Shown here piece after piece: positions 1 to 12,122 of a DNA stretch of 64,000 nucleotides. The DNA is taken from assembly GCF_006345805.1 (NCBI RefSeq), contig NC_043006.1, forward strand, positions 8,928,001 to 8,992,000, read 5' to 3'. Position numbers and translations under genes: made by a program. The stretch's first letter is position 1. Each line of letters begins with the position of its first letter. Source of the stretch: Octopus sinensis (taxonomy: Eukaryota). The notes under the pieces were generated by a model. That model was not told the origin of the DNA. It ran no database searches and saw only the letters and a list, made by a program, of their open reading frames with translations.

Positions 1-900
1 AGTGGATCTGTTAATGATAGAAGTGTAGTTATGGTTACGTGGGAAGCTGGATTCTACTATTCTAAAGAAAGCTTTAGCGTGGCTCTTAATGTTTAAAGTG
101 AACGGAAGTGTATACCAGAGAATAGATCTCCCGCCACTTTCATTAGGCAAGCTGGGGGAGATGGAATTCTTAGTGAATGTGAGAGGAAAATTGGAAGGTC
201 TAATGTTAATATTAGCGTTCGTAGGTCGATTGTTGTGCGTGGGCGAGATTGACTGATCGTAGCTGGAGGGATTGGATTTCTAATATTTGTGTGCGTTTGT
301 CCAGACCTAAAATTCGAGACGTGTTCCTTAGGTCTAGTGTCGGGTATACATTTATTCTTCTGGGAGATACCACTTGCAGCTAGAGCTTGGTTATAGTAGT
401 TGGCGTAGATATTGAAGACTTTTTTCACCGGCGGATACATCGGATATTCTTATGGATATGCCTTTGATTATGCTTTCGAATGTAGATTTATGGTGGCTAG
501 ATTCTTTGTTGATGTATTTAAGGTCTTGATTAGGTTTATGACATGGAAAGTATAGTGAAGAGTTTAAATCTAAAGTAATATCTAGCAAATTTGCTGTCCT
601 GTAAGTGTTTTCAAAAGAGATAGATAGGTTAAAGAATGTATGTGTTTTCTAAGTTTTGCTAATACAGACCTCATTGAAATCTTTAAATCTTTTATAGCCT
701 AATTTGGATGAGACAGTTCTCATCCGAACCGTTTTAAAAAATCACGTGACCTTACCATATATTTTAGTCCAGCTGTGTCCACAACTTCCTACAAATCAGA
801 GTCTTCCATCCCAAATGCCTCTCTGAGTTCTCGAATGTGCTCACTGCCGACAAGCACCAATTACAGACGAAGTGGTGTAATCCCCAGAAATGTCAATATT
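1..900 (-). mobile_element. Penelope-like element, degraded RT C-terminal/thumb and linker fragment
   Basis: Manual minus-strand translation gives LDITLDL..YFPCHKPNQDLKYINKESSHH, YYNQALAASG and ILWYTLPFTLNIKSHAKAFFRIVESSFPRNHNYTSIINRST, matching PLE motifs FLDVTLDL/YxPYxKP/YINxxSNHP/YxxALxxSG/IIWFNPPF. Frameshifted; runs off the window edge. Confidence 0.8.
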
Positions 901-1261
901 TCTCACTAAGTTCATGTACACTTTTCTATATACAAAAAAAGGTTTTTATTTCTCACACGTTGATTGGGAGGTTTGCTTGTTTTCTTTTGTTGTAGGAATA
1001 GGGTCAGCATTTCATGAGACATGTTGGGGGCTGGTGTCTGCCAGGGAAGGGCATGTTGGGGGTAGGACGGGAACGGGCTGGGGGTCATCATCACTGATGT
1101 GCATTCTCTTCTGCTGCTTTCTCTGTTCCTTCCTGTTAATCGTTTTCAACTGCTGCATTATTCATGGATTCTCTAATACACAATTTACATACACGCGTAA
1201 TTGTATTGTACAGAAGTGCTTATATTATTACTGACAAAGACAATGTGTATTGTATATTTTT

Positions 1262-1996
1262 TTTAGTTTTAGTTCTTTATATACGAATCTAGCATTTTAG
1301 AAGACTTATATTTTGCGTTAGTGAAAGAGTGCAAATGGGCCATATATCTACGTTTAAGGTCTTCAGAGCTTCCTATATAAACTCCTACCCTCTGTTTAGC
1401 AGGAACACAACACCTATATAATACGTTGTTACCTAAACGGGATCCGGCTAACGGACACGACTTCCTTATTAAACAATTACACGTTCCAACCACCACCCGA
1501 AATCAGCATGAGTTTTCCGGGTATTAGAGGTTAAGTCGACCCCGACATTGAAGAGCTGACCTGGCGTAATGTGTACTTTAGAGCTAGTGTGAATTTCGGT
1601 GTTATAGAGTTCATTATAAAGATTTGTCTGGGTAGATTTCTTACGGCTGAGTTTAAATCTATTGATGGAAGCTATGACCGAACCTCAATTCCGAGTAGTT
1701 GAGTACGACAATTTCACAGATGATTCACTAAAAATAGGATATGAATTTAGGAACATTTCCTTCAGTATCTTAAAACAAGTTAAGTAAAGATTTGACGTGA
1801 AGAGAGAAGGGCGGGGCAAATCATATAATTTCACGTTTCCTAGATATAAAGTTTTTGGTTTGATTAAATTGGTTGAGGACGCAGGCTTTATATTTATGTG
1901 AATTCCTAAATGCCATGTTATGAATTCTTTGTAGATTGCTGCTGCTTTTATACATGCTTTTACAAAGATTGTATGGGAATATATGACAGGTATCAA
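1262..1996 (-). mobile_element. Penelope-like element, linker plus GIY-YIG endonuclease fragment
   Basis: ORF 1269-1496 CNCLIRKSCPLAG..NVLYRC..VYIGSSEDLKRRYMAHLHSF..Y fits the PLE GIY-YIG pattern; ORF 1685-1996 ends SVKLSYSTTRN (PLE linker motif). Confidence 0.85.
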
Positions 1997-2009
1997 TATG
2001 TGACTAAAT

Positions 2010-2635
2010 TACTTATACAGTGGATGACATGAAAACATTTACGAATTGCATTTCGTTTTCTTGCAAGGCATTTGGACTAAGCATTAGCCTGGACAACACT
2101 GCTGTAATGGCACAGCCTGCACCAGGAATCCATATAGGGAACCAGCTATCTTGGTTGAAGAAACAATTCTGAAAGTGGTAGAAAACGTGTCTACCTGGGC
2201 AGCACAGCCAGCCGTTCTTGCTAACTGGATGAGGAAAACCTTTCAGGTTGTAGAGAGCAACTGATTCCTTCCGGTCTTTTGAGTCTCTTGTCGGGTCCCA
2301 ACATGGCATCACAAGTCAAGCACAAATTGCTGTGTATAGCGCATATGTACTGACATCATTCTATTACCCATTTGAGACACGGAGCATTTACAAACGTCAT
2401 GTAAAGGTGTTCGAGCACTTGCATCAGAGATATCTGAGACACATTCTGAATGTTGGCTGGACTTTAAAAACTCCAGACACACAGGTCTTGATGAAAGCTA
2501 GTATGTTGAGCATTGAGGTGATGGTGCACAAACACAAATTACGTTGAAATGGGCACCTTATTAAAATGAAGGATAGCAGGAACCTGAAACAGATGCTATA
2601 TGGAGAGCATGTTAATGGAAAGAGACCCCAGCAGA
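2010..2635 (+). mobile_element. RTE-clade (BovB-like) LINE, degraded RT C-terminal fragment
   Basis: Reads FGLSISLDNTAVMAQPAPG..VYLGST..AVYSAYVLTSFYYPFETRSIYKRHVKVFEHLHQRYLRHILNVGW..LR*NGHLIKMKDSRNLKQMLYGE..GKRP, typical of RTE RT; stops and frameshifts present. Confidence 0.85.
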
Positions 2636-2650
2636 ATGATAGATAGATAC

Positions 2651-2656
<6 letters not shown>

Positions 2657-2746
<90 letters not shown>

Positions 2747-2760
2747 TATATATATATATT
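2657..2760. repeat. (TA)n microsatellite
   Basis: Directly visible. Confidence 0.95.
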
Positions 2761-2761
2761 T

Positions 2762-3773
2762 AAAAATTGAGGGAGATAAATTAATATTAATTTTTATATC
2801 AATTTAAAACCAGTAGTCCAGCATTCAAAAATCTAAGGAGTCAGAGAAAATTCAAAATATGTGTATATTGGCAGGGCTGGCCTGCTAGGTAGCCGGCCAG
2901 AATGCTAGAAATAGATCATAACGATCAAACTACAAGGGAAATTCTCTACAGGAAGAATTCAGCGAACACCAGAACCAAATTTGGCGGGCAGGACATATGG
3001 AAAATTAAATAAAAAACAGACTTAAATGCATACCTCGGTTTCGGTCTTAACAAAAGAATTACTTGCATAATTCAAGTGTCCGTGTTTTTTATTTAATTTT
3101 TCATATGTCCTGCCCGCCAAATTTGGTTCTGGTGTTCGCTGAATTCTTCCTGTAGAGAATTTCCCTTGTAGTTTGATCGTTTATGATCTATTTCTAGCAT
3201 TCTGGCCGGCTACCTAGCAGGCCAGCCCTGCCAATATACACATATATTTGAATTTTCTCTGACTCCTCAGATTTTTTGAATGCTGGACTTCTGGTTTTAA
3301 ATTGATATAAAATTAATATTAATTTATCTCCCTCAATTTTTAAATATTTAATAAAATACGTTCCCTAGTAGTAAGCTTTACCCGCAGTGAATTATTCACT
3401 GCAGCCCTTCGCTTCAGGAGTCTCTTAGCGCGCCGGAACCAAGACATTTGAAATTTTATTCCCGATGTAATCAGTAAGACTAAGCACGTGTCTGTCTTGA
3501 CACAGAGAGCTGGGGTTAGTCTTTCAGTTTGCATCTCGAGGACCGAATGTACTGAAGAAGTCACGGACACTTGAATTATGCAAGTAATTCTTTGTTAAGA
3601 CCGAAACCGAGGTATGCATTTAAGTCTGTTTTTTATTTAATTTTTCATATGTCCTGCCCGCCAAATTTGGTTCTGGTGTCGCTGAATTCTTCCTCTAGAG
3701 AATTTCCCTTGTAGTTTGATCGTTTATGATCTATTTATAGCATTCTGGCCGGCTACCTAGCAGGCCAGCCCTG

Positions 3774-3779
<6 letters not shown>
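2762..3779 (+). mobile_element. Non-coding PLE-type/retrozyme-like element: inverted arm plus about 1.3 tandem units of 544 bp
   Basis: 2762-3084 is the reverse complement of unit sequence. The same anchor tcatatgtcc occurs at 3101 and 3645 (period 544). Flanked by (TA)n on both sides; contains an HHR motif. Confidence 0.75.
3545..3621 (+). ncRNA. Type I hammerhead ribozyme motif
   Basis: gaatgta-CTGAAGA-agtc..gacc-GAAA-c-cgag-GTA-tgcattt. Stem I is 7 bp with 2 G-U pairs; stem II is 3 bp with an A.C mismatch at the closing pair and an inner hairpin acttg/caagt; cleavage triplet GUA. Confidence 0.65.
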
Positions 3780-3812
<33 letters not shown>

Positions 3813-3828
3813 ATATATATATATATAT

Positions 3829-3863
<35 letters not shown>

Positions 3864-3927
3864 TAAATAGATAGAAAGACAGATAGTTTTACATACGTAC
3901 ATATACATATATTATATATTTATAGAA

Positions 3928-4094
3928 GGAGCTTCTACAGGACTAGAACTGTTTCATTCAAAAGAAATCATCCTGATGATTTCTTTTGAATGAAACAGTT
4001 CTAGTCCTAGAAGCTCCTACAAAATAAAATAATTTACTCTGCTATGTATTGAGTACCTTATTTACTGTGGTTAACCCCCACTCAACCCGGGACC

Positions 4095-4100
<6 letters not shown>
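3928..4100 (+). mobile_element. PLE-type fold-back fragment with partial HHR
   Basis: About 91-bp near-perfect palindrome 3928-4018 centred just before CTGATGA (3973-3979), followed by ttc-tttt-gaa, GAAAC and GTC; lies between (TA)n tracts. Confidence 0.6.
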
Positions 4101-4155
<55 letters not shown>

Positions 4156-4768
4156 TATATATATAATATATATATATATAAGTAGACATATATATAGAGT
4201 AGATAGATAGACTGGGTGATTAAATGCTTTTCGCGAATACCTGATGAACTTTTAAAAGGTTCTGTGGCCCTAAATATTTGTGATTAATGACTATGTCGTT
4301 TAAGAATGTTACATTAAGTCATGCATTTGCGTTTGTGCCCGCATCATTATCTCCCTACTTTCTAGAAACTGAGCGTTGTGATATTGTAAATATGCCATCT
4401 AAACAAGATGCCCATTAAGTATGAAATAATGCATCCACTTCAAGATAACGTTAAATGCACAATATAAAATTCCAATAGAGTCAAGTATTTTATTTATTTA
4501 TTTATTTATTTATTTTTATGCAAGCTACATATAATATAACTATGTATTCCAATATAAGAAAAGCAATGGAAAATATCATCTCGAAATAATATAGAAGTGG
4601 CTCACGTGATGTAATGTTTTGATGTGCATTTGTGGATATGTTTATCTAAGGTAATTTCATATTTCAGTGCATGACTCAACTGTTTAAGCATTCACTTATA
4701 TATGATAGCAAATTTATTACCTATTTTCTTAATATATACGTATGATATATATATATATATAATATAAT

Positions 4769-4818
<50 letters not shown>

Positions 4819-4896
4819 TAGCATATATGTGTGTGTATGTTTGTTGTGTGCATGTAATATAATTATACATGTTTATATATTATATATATATATATT

Positions 4897-4939
<43 letters not shown>

Positions 4940-5688
4940 AGCATAGTTGTGTATACACATTTCTTCATATTTAAATGCGTGTATATATGTCATTTGCAGC
5001 ATATCTTTACATGATTTATTCATCTTCTGTTAAAAGAGTTATTTCCAGTTTTCTGAACTGAATTTCCTTCTTTCTTTTCTTAACATTTACAATATAAGGA
5101 AGCATGTATGGAAATCAAAGCGACAGGGACCGTTTTCATATGTTGTAAGTATAAACATGAATACATGAATATGCCACATACGCAAAAAGAAAAACAAAAA
5201 CAAACACAGACACTATTATGAATATATATATGTTTTTCTTCATTATGGCAGTAACAATAATCAATATAGGATGTAGAATTCATTTTAATTAGGAAGCAGC
5301 AGATGGTTCATTTTATTGATAATTTGTGTATACACGTAAACATACATACACACACACACATATGTGAGTGTATGATTGAATGTGTGTATGTACATATATA
5401 TATATATACCAAAATAAGCAACAATGTTATCCAGATATAAAGCAGTACGATCGTTTCAAGCAAATCTATTTACTTGAACAATGCAATCATTACATCAATT
5501 TAAAATGCAGAGCAATCCAGAGGTGCACAGAGACGTAGAATTTAATAAAACAATAACAGATGGACACAATACTATAATTATTGCTAAAATATCCAAGTAG
5601 TTAAGGAGGTGGACAAAGAACATGCTGCCTCACTCCAGTTTAGATGTAAGTTCTAAATTGGAGTGAGTCGCAATAAACATGCACCAAC

Positions 5689-5748
<60 letters not shown>

Positions 5749-5759
5749 CTATATATATA

Positions 5760-5888
5760 CATACATTATTTACATTATTTACATTTGACGGATATTTGTC
5801 CTCATCTTGTTTGTTGTTAACACAACATTTCGGATGATATAACCTCCGGCCTTCATCAGGTGTCTGGAGAACTTTCGAACCTGAGTAT
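5760..5888 (-). mobile_element. Short PLE-derived element with degenerate minimal HHR (5820-5863)
   Basis: Minus strand acac-CTGATGA-aggc..tcc-GAAA-t-GTT-gtgt; stem I acac/gtgt intact, stem II decayed; embedded in (TA)n. Confidence 0.55.
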
Positions 5889-5916
5889 GTATGTATGTAT
5901 GTATACATGCATGTAA

Positions 5917-6012
<96 letters not shown>

Positions 6013-7220
6013 TATATATATATATATAATATATATATATATATATAAATATATATATAAGTATATATATATATATATATAATATATATTATATATATAT
6101 ATATTATATATAATATATATATATATATAATATGTGTGTGTGTGTGTGTGTGTATGTGCATGCATTCATGCAAACCTATATCCGAATCTGAATATGTTGG
6201 TGTATTAAAATATGCATGATTAAGCGTTTGCATCTCATTTTATTTTTTTTTTCATTTCCTAAAGTTTTCTTGGAGCATAAGTATAAATATTCATGAATTT
6301 GCGTAGCCTGAAAGTAATTTTTCCGTTGAATTGTTTTCCCAAAATGTTCCACATAGCATTCTCCGCTCCGTATGTGAGAATTAGGTTATTAATTTCGTCT
6401 GCTTACGATAGTCACCCAGTTTATTCGAAGGTTACTGGAAATGATGTTAGAAATTAGTAATATTTTTTTGTTTAAATGTAAGTTTTTCTTTTTCTATGAC
6501 TGAACTGATTATTTCGAAAATGGCACGACTTTGAATGCTTTGCGTAGATTCCTCAAAATTTGTTTCAACTCTTTGTAGTAGTTATCTTCCTCGTTTGTCG
6601 ATGCTTATTTTTATGACTAGTTTATTAGCTCGTAATGATTCATCAGGTCGTTGAAAATATGTTATTTGGATACTAACTTTCCGTTGATAAATGTCTCATT
6701 AGATGGTTTGTAAAGTGTCAGTAATATTTATGCGCTGCTTTACCTCGAGCACAGCGACTAGAAAGACAGATATTTCCTATATTCGTCTTCAGCATTCAAA
6801 TTTTACCATACTTGAACTCACATGTCAATGTGCATTTGTGTGTGGTATGTGTGTGTGTGTTTGTGTCTGTGTGTGCGTGCGTGTATATATGGGCGCGTGT
6901 ATTTTCATATGTATTGCTGGGTTTGTGTCCGTATATGTGTGCGTGTTTATGTAGTTGAGCTTCGGTACTTATGTGTATGATAGAAACACATATGTACACA
7001 GGTGTATATATACACACACGCGTACACACATGTGAATGCCCATACGCACAGTCATACACACACGCAATGCACACAGAGACACACACACAAACATATCCAC
7101 ATTCACATGTACCTAAGTGTACTCACATCAATGTGTAATTTATTAGGATAACTACATATATACATGCATATATATATGGATATAACTGTATGTATATAAG
7201 TATATATATATAGAGAGAGA

Positions 7221-7266
<46 letters not shown>

Positions 7267-7268
7267 AT

Positions 7269-7726
7269 GAGCATTATTACACATTAATGCCACACACTAG
7301 GAGGGACCTTCAAAGTTAATACTACAAAAAATAAACGGATCGTACCGAGCAGTTCTCAAAGCAAGACATTTAGAAAAATTGTTCCGATGAAACACGTTTC
7401 TATCCGAAATGCATTTCGAAAAAGCCAGCCATTTACATAAAATATATGATGAATTAACGTTTCACGTGCTACAATGGACTCAACGGTTGTCTGTTTGGTT
7501 CTGCCTGGTAGGTCGGTTTGTTTATTTATGATAGTTTTTGAATATGTTTCACTGATGAACAAAAGACATAGATAATACGTTAATTGCGAAATCACCGTGA
7601 TCTGGAACTAAATTCTTTTCTAAATGTTTTGCTTTGAGAACTGCATTCGGTACGATCCGTTTATTTTCGGTAGTATTGACTTTGAAGGTTCCTCCTAGCG
7701 TGTGGCATTAATGTGTAATAATGCCC
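7269..7726. mobile_element. MITE with about 110-bp terminal inverted repeats
   Basis: gagcattattacacattaatgccacacactaggagggaccttcaaag..catttagaaaa pairs with ttttctaaatg..ctttgaaggttcctcctagcgtgtggcattaatgtgtaataatgccc; no coding capacity; superfamily not assignable. Confidence 0.75.
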
Positions 7727-7978
7727 TCTTTATAATATAAATAAATATTTTCAAGTGAAAACATTTTCAGATTTTTTCTCTTATGAGTTTTTCACGCTAA
7801 CTACCTGATAATTCCTTGTTAAGATTCTTTTCAAGATTTTATCCTTAATTGTTAAATTTATATATATATATATATATACATACATATATGTACATACTGA
7901 CATATAGATGCACGTATGTACGTATATATATATATTATATAATATATATATTATATATATATATATATATATATGCAT

Positions 7979-8712
7979 ATAGGGGTACAGGAAGTCTCAA
8001 CGTAAACGCCTTGAAATTCGAGAACATGAAATCTGAAATCCGAAAAACAACATGAGATACGAAGACTAGCTTTTTTCTGAACAACGAGAGCAGCATATGG
8101 AAACCAAGGCAAGTAACACAAAGAACGATCCATAATCAGTTGTCAGCTGTTTATCTACTCCACATTTCGAACTATTCATGACAATATGTGCCATCGAGAT
8201 AACTGTTGCTCCCGCAAATCAAAATAAAATTTGAGATTTAGCAGAGAATCAAAGTTGGTGACAAAAGCAGGACAGTGAAACAAATAGTAAGGGATGCTAA
8301 AGCAGATGGGGTAAGGTGGCGAACGCTGAAGAACATTCTTAGACAAGAGAAAAGATAGGATAGGAGAGAGACTAGAATGCATCTGGTCAGTGTCAGAGAC
8401 CGGAAGAAAAGAAGGATGAACACGTGTGGGAAAAAAGTTGGACGAAGGCCATGTGTGAGCAATGAGAGAATAAATGAGGGAGAGAAGGACAGATAGAAAA
8501 TGTGAAAGAGGAGAAAAAGTATTAGAGAAAGGAAAAGAGAGAAAACGAAGGTGGAGAGAGTGAGAAAACAGTACAGTGGATAGACGCATCAAAATTATAT
8601 AGACATATATGCGTACATATATGTACATACTAACATGTTGCTTTTCGTATTTTGGATTTCATGATTTCAAATTTCATGTTATTTACGTTTTGTGAAGTCC
8701 TGTATCCATATA
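7979..8712. mobile_element. Inverted pair of a short repeat family (same family as 54464-54783)
   Basis: Arms 7979-8145 and 8633-8712 share a tatggatacaggac-like terminus; aacacaaagaac..atcagttgtc matches the 54.6-kb element. Confidence 0.5.
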
Positions 8713-8835
8713 TGCATATGTATATACATATATGTCTCAGTATGTACATGTATGTATATATAATGTATTTATATTATGATTGAACACCATGCATCCATTT
8801 TCAAGTACGTTTATCCTATATATACATATATATAC

Positions 8836-8875
<40 letters not shown>

Positions 8876-8916
8876 AGAGTGTGTGAGAGAGAGAGAGAGA
8901 GATAGTTTGATTGATT

Positions 8917-8950
<34 letters not shown>

Positions 8951-10341
8951 AATTAAACCCTATTCTTTTGTTCCCACTACTCATCTGTCTTCCGTTCACT
9001 ATTTTGGTGCATGTGCGAGCGTCTATATAAATTAATAAACTTTCACTTGCTCATGTGTACAGTTAGATAGTGCGATTATCAAACAAAAACAGGGACAGAT
9101 AGAAAAAGAAAGCAAGAGAAAAAGAGAATCAGTGAAATATAAGTGGGATATTGATCCCAAATACTGATAGTCATTGATATCTAAATATATGCCTGTCATA
9201 TGAAAATTAATGATGTGCTTAATAGATTGCTGAATATATGGTGCTTTAATTAAGGACTTATGCGTATGTCCGTTTTCACAGTAAGATATATGCGAGAGAG
9301 AGAGGGAGAGAGAGAGAGAGAGGGAGAGAGAGAGGAGTAAAGAAAGAAAATAAAGGAGTGGTATATGAAATAAATAAATCAAAGATATAGATTAGTTGGT
9401 TTTATAGATTTATAAAAGCGTGAAAGATTAGAAGTATTTATATACACATCATAACAGCGATTATTAGGTGCATATAAAAGGTAGCTTAGGTGGATTTGTT
9501 GACTTTACATCAATTAACTCGGCAATATACTCGGTTCTTTTCCACTTTCTTATAAAGACATAAAGCAAATTAATACTCACATTGCGTGCAACTTGAATAC
9601 GTTAACAGTCTTACCTGTGATACCTTTACAGTCTTACGTTAACAGACTTACCTGAAATTATATGAGAGTAAGAATATTATTTTTTCATTGAAAATTAGGA
9701 ATAATAGGTGCATTTTGTGTAAATATTGGATATTTAGTAAGTCAATGTTATGCACTGTTGAAAGTGGATGCTATTAAATTTAATGAAGGCAACATAAAAA
9801 TTTAAGATACAGTTAGAACAATGCACATTTGTCAATAAAAGTATACACTTTTTCTTTCTCCACGAAGAAAGTAATTTAAGTATTGGCATATTTTCAGGTT
9901 TCATAGGAAGATTTCATGTTGAAACTAAATTATACGATCCTAGACACAAGAAAGAAATGTATGTTGTATTATTTTTAAACATAGAAACCCTATTCGAATA
10001 TTGGGAAATAACAGATTAAGAAAAGTAATTTCGTACCGGTTATGCATAAATATGCGTGTATGTAAGTGTGAATATATATATATATATGTATGTGTGTGCG
10101 TGTATGTGTGTATATGTTTGTGTATCTGTGTATGTGTATGTTTTATGTGTTTTTTCAACTTTTAAATGGATATGTCCTCAATACGTTTGCCTCTAAGTCT
10201 TTTAGCATCGTTCCTTCAAGTTGCCATCCCTCTTTTAAAACATGCGATCTTAAGTCAGATTCCATTCCAAATTAAATTCCTTGCAGAATATACGCAAGCA
10301 TACTCATCCAAACAAGTGTATACACACACACAGCACACACA

Positions 10342-10375
<34 letters not shown>

Positions 10376-10499
10376 CACACACATATATATCCACATGCAT
10401 ATGCACCTAAGTGTACTCAAATAAATGGATATTTTATTAGTATTGGTATATATACAAGAACATACACTCACACACATCGATATATACATATATATATAA

Positions 10500-10707
10500 C
10501 GGGAAGCTTTATGAAAATAAAAAAAAGACGAAGACAGGTGGAGTACAAACAAACAATTGTATTAGTATGGTGCTCAGGAATATAAATAAAACAAGTATTT
10601 AACGTTTCGAGCCTACGCTCTTCAACAGAAAGATACACAGAAAAGAAACATGGAGAGAAACAAGAACAAAAAAAATGCGTGCAGAAGCTAGCGGTCTAAC
10701 ATGGCGA
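10500..10707 (-). mobile_element. Short HHR-like element, family shared with 36795-36992
   Basis: Minus strand ttt-CTGTTGA-a-gagc-gtag-gctc-GAAA-C-GTT-aaa at 10598-10631; body homologous to the plus-strand copy at 36.8-37.0 kb. Confidence 0.65.
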
Positions 10708-11843
10708 TATATATATATATAAAACCTTATTTTTTCTTCTCACTACTCATCTGCCTTCCGTTCAGTAATTTTGGTGCATGTGCGAGTGTCTATATAAATT
10801 TAATAAGCTTATATTTTCCCATGTATACAGACAGATAGTGAGACTATCAAGTAAAGAGAGGTTAAGATGGAAAAAGAAAACAAGACGATAAGAGAATCGG
10901 TGAAATATAAGTGGAGTATTGATGCCAATAGAGAGATAGACATTGATATCTAAATATATATACCTGTCATCTAATAATTAATGATGTACTTAATAGATTG
11001 CTTGATATATGGCGCCTCAATTTTGGGGCAATGTGTATGTCCGTTTTTACAGATGCAGTAATATATATACGAGAGAGACGGATGGAGAGGACAAAGAAAA
11101 GAAGAGAGTGACATATGGAACAAATAAATCAGAGATGTAGTTTAGTTGTGTTTATAGATTTATAAAAGCGTGGAAGTGTAGAAGTATTTATATACGCGTC
11201 ATTAACAGCGATTATTAGATGAATATAAAAGGAAGCCGAGGTGGATTTGTTGACTTTCCGTCAATTAAATCGGCAATAAACTCGGTTATTTTTCACTTTC
11301 ATATAATGACATAAAGCAATATAATACTCACATTAAGTTAAACTTGAATACGTTAACAGTCTTACCTGTGATACTGTTATCAGGAGGTCAATTAAATGAG
11401 GGCACGGATATTATTGTTTTTATTGTAAATTAGGAATAATAGGTCTATTAGTATAAATAATGAATATTTAATAAGTCGCTGTAATATATTTTTGTAAGTG
11501 GTTGCTATTATATTTAATGAACGCAACGTAAAAATTCAATATCCAGTTAGGAGAAGAAGGTACGTTAGTCAATAAAAGTATACACTTTTCTTTCTCCCCG
11601 AAGACAGTATTTCAACTATTGGAATGCTTTCAGGTTTCATAGGAAGACATAAGCATGGAAATAACTTACACTATCCCATATACAAAAAAGAAAAGGGTAT
11701 TGCATCATGTTTGTATAGAGAAACAGATAGAATATCTGTGATTTAAATGTGAGTATAATGGATTAAGAGAAGTAAGTTCATACCGCTTACGTATAAACAA
11801 ATGTGTATGTATGTATGTGTGCGTGTATATATATATATATATA

Positions 11844-12061
11844 GTTAATCCCAAAAAGAAAACACAAAAAAAAACAAAAAACACAGCAACGCGAGGACGT
11901 GGAACAAATAAGGTATTATTGGACGCACAGGAAAGAAGGGAAGAAGGAGGATTTAACGTTTCGAGCGGAGCTCTTCGTCGGAAACATAAGAGAAGGAAAG
12001 ATCCCGAGAAGGGAAGACAGAGGAAAAAAAATCGCCAGCGGTACTCACGAGGTCACATACT

Positions 12062-12067
<6 letters not shown>
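11844..12067 (-). mobile_element. Short HHR-like element, family shared with 54180-54360
   Basis: Minus strand ttt-CCGACGA-a-gagc-tcc-gctc-GAAA-C-GTT-aaa at 11952-11984; inserted in (TA)n and absent from the paralogous site near 10075. Confidence 0.7.

Positions 12068-12122
<55 letters not shown>

Noticed and set aside
4241-4275. CTGATGA at 4241 (also 6644, 7553, 13323, 43294, 46263) as HHRs
   Set aside because: No properly spaced stem II/GAAA/NUH/stem I arrangement.
5105-5146. Short ATG-to-GTAAGT candidates (here MEIKATGTVFIC; also about 46364-46479)
   Set aside because: Such motifs are expected by chance in 64 kb; no linked downstream exons were identified.
6500-6620. Possible LINE APE endonuclease remnant (STNEEDNYYKELKQIL, minus strand)
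   Set aside because: A single short motif with no GDFN or other supporting motifs.
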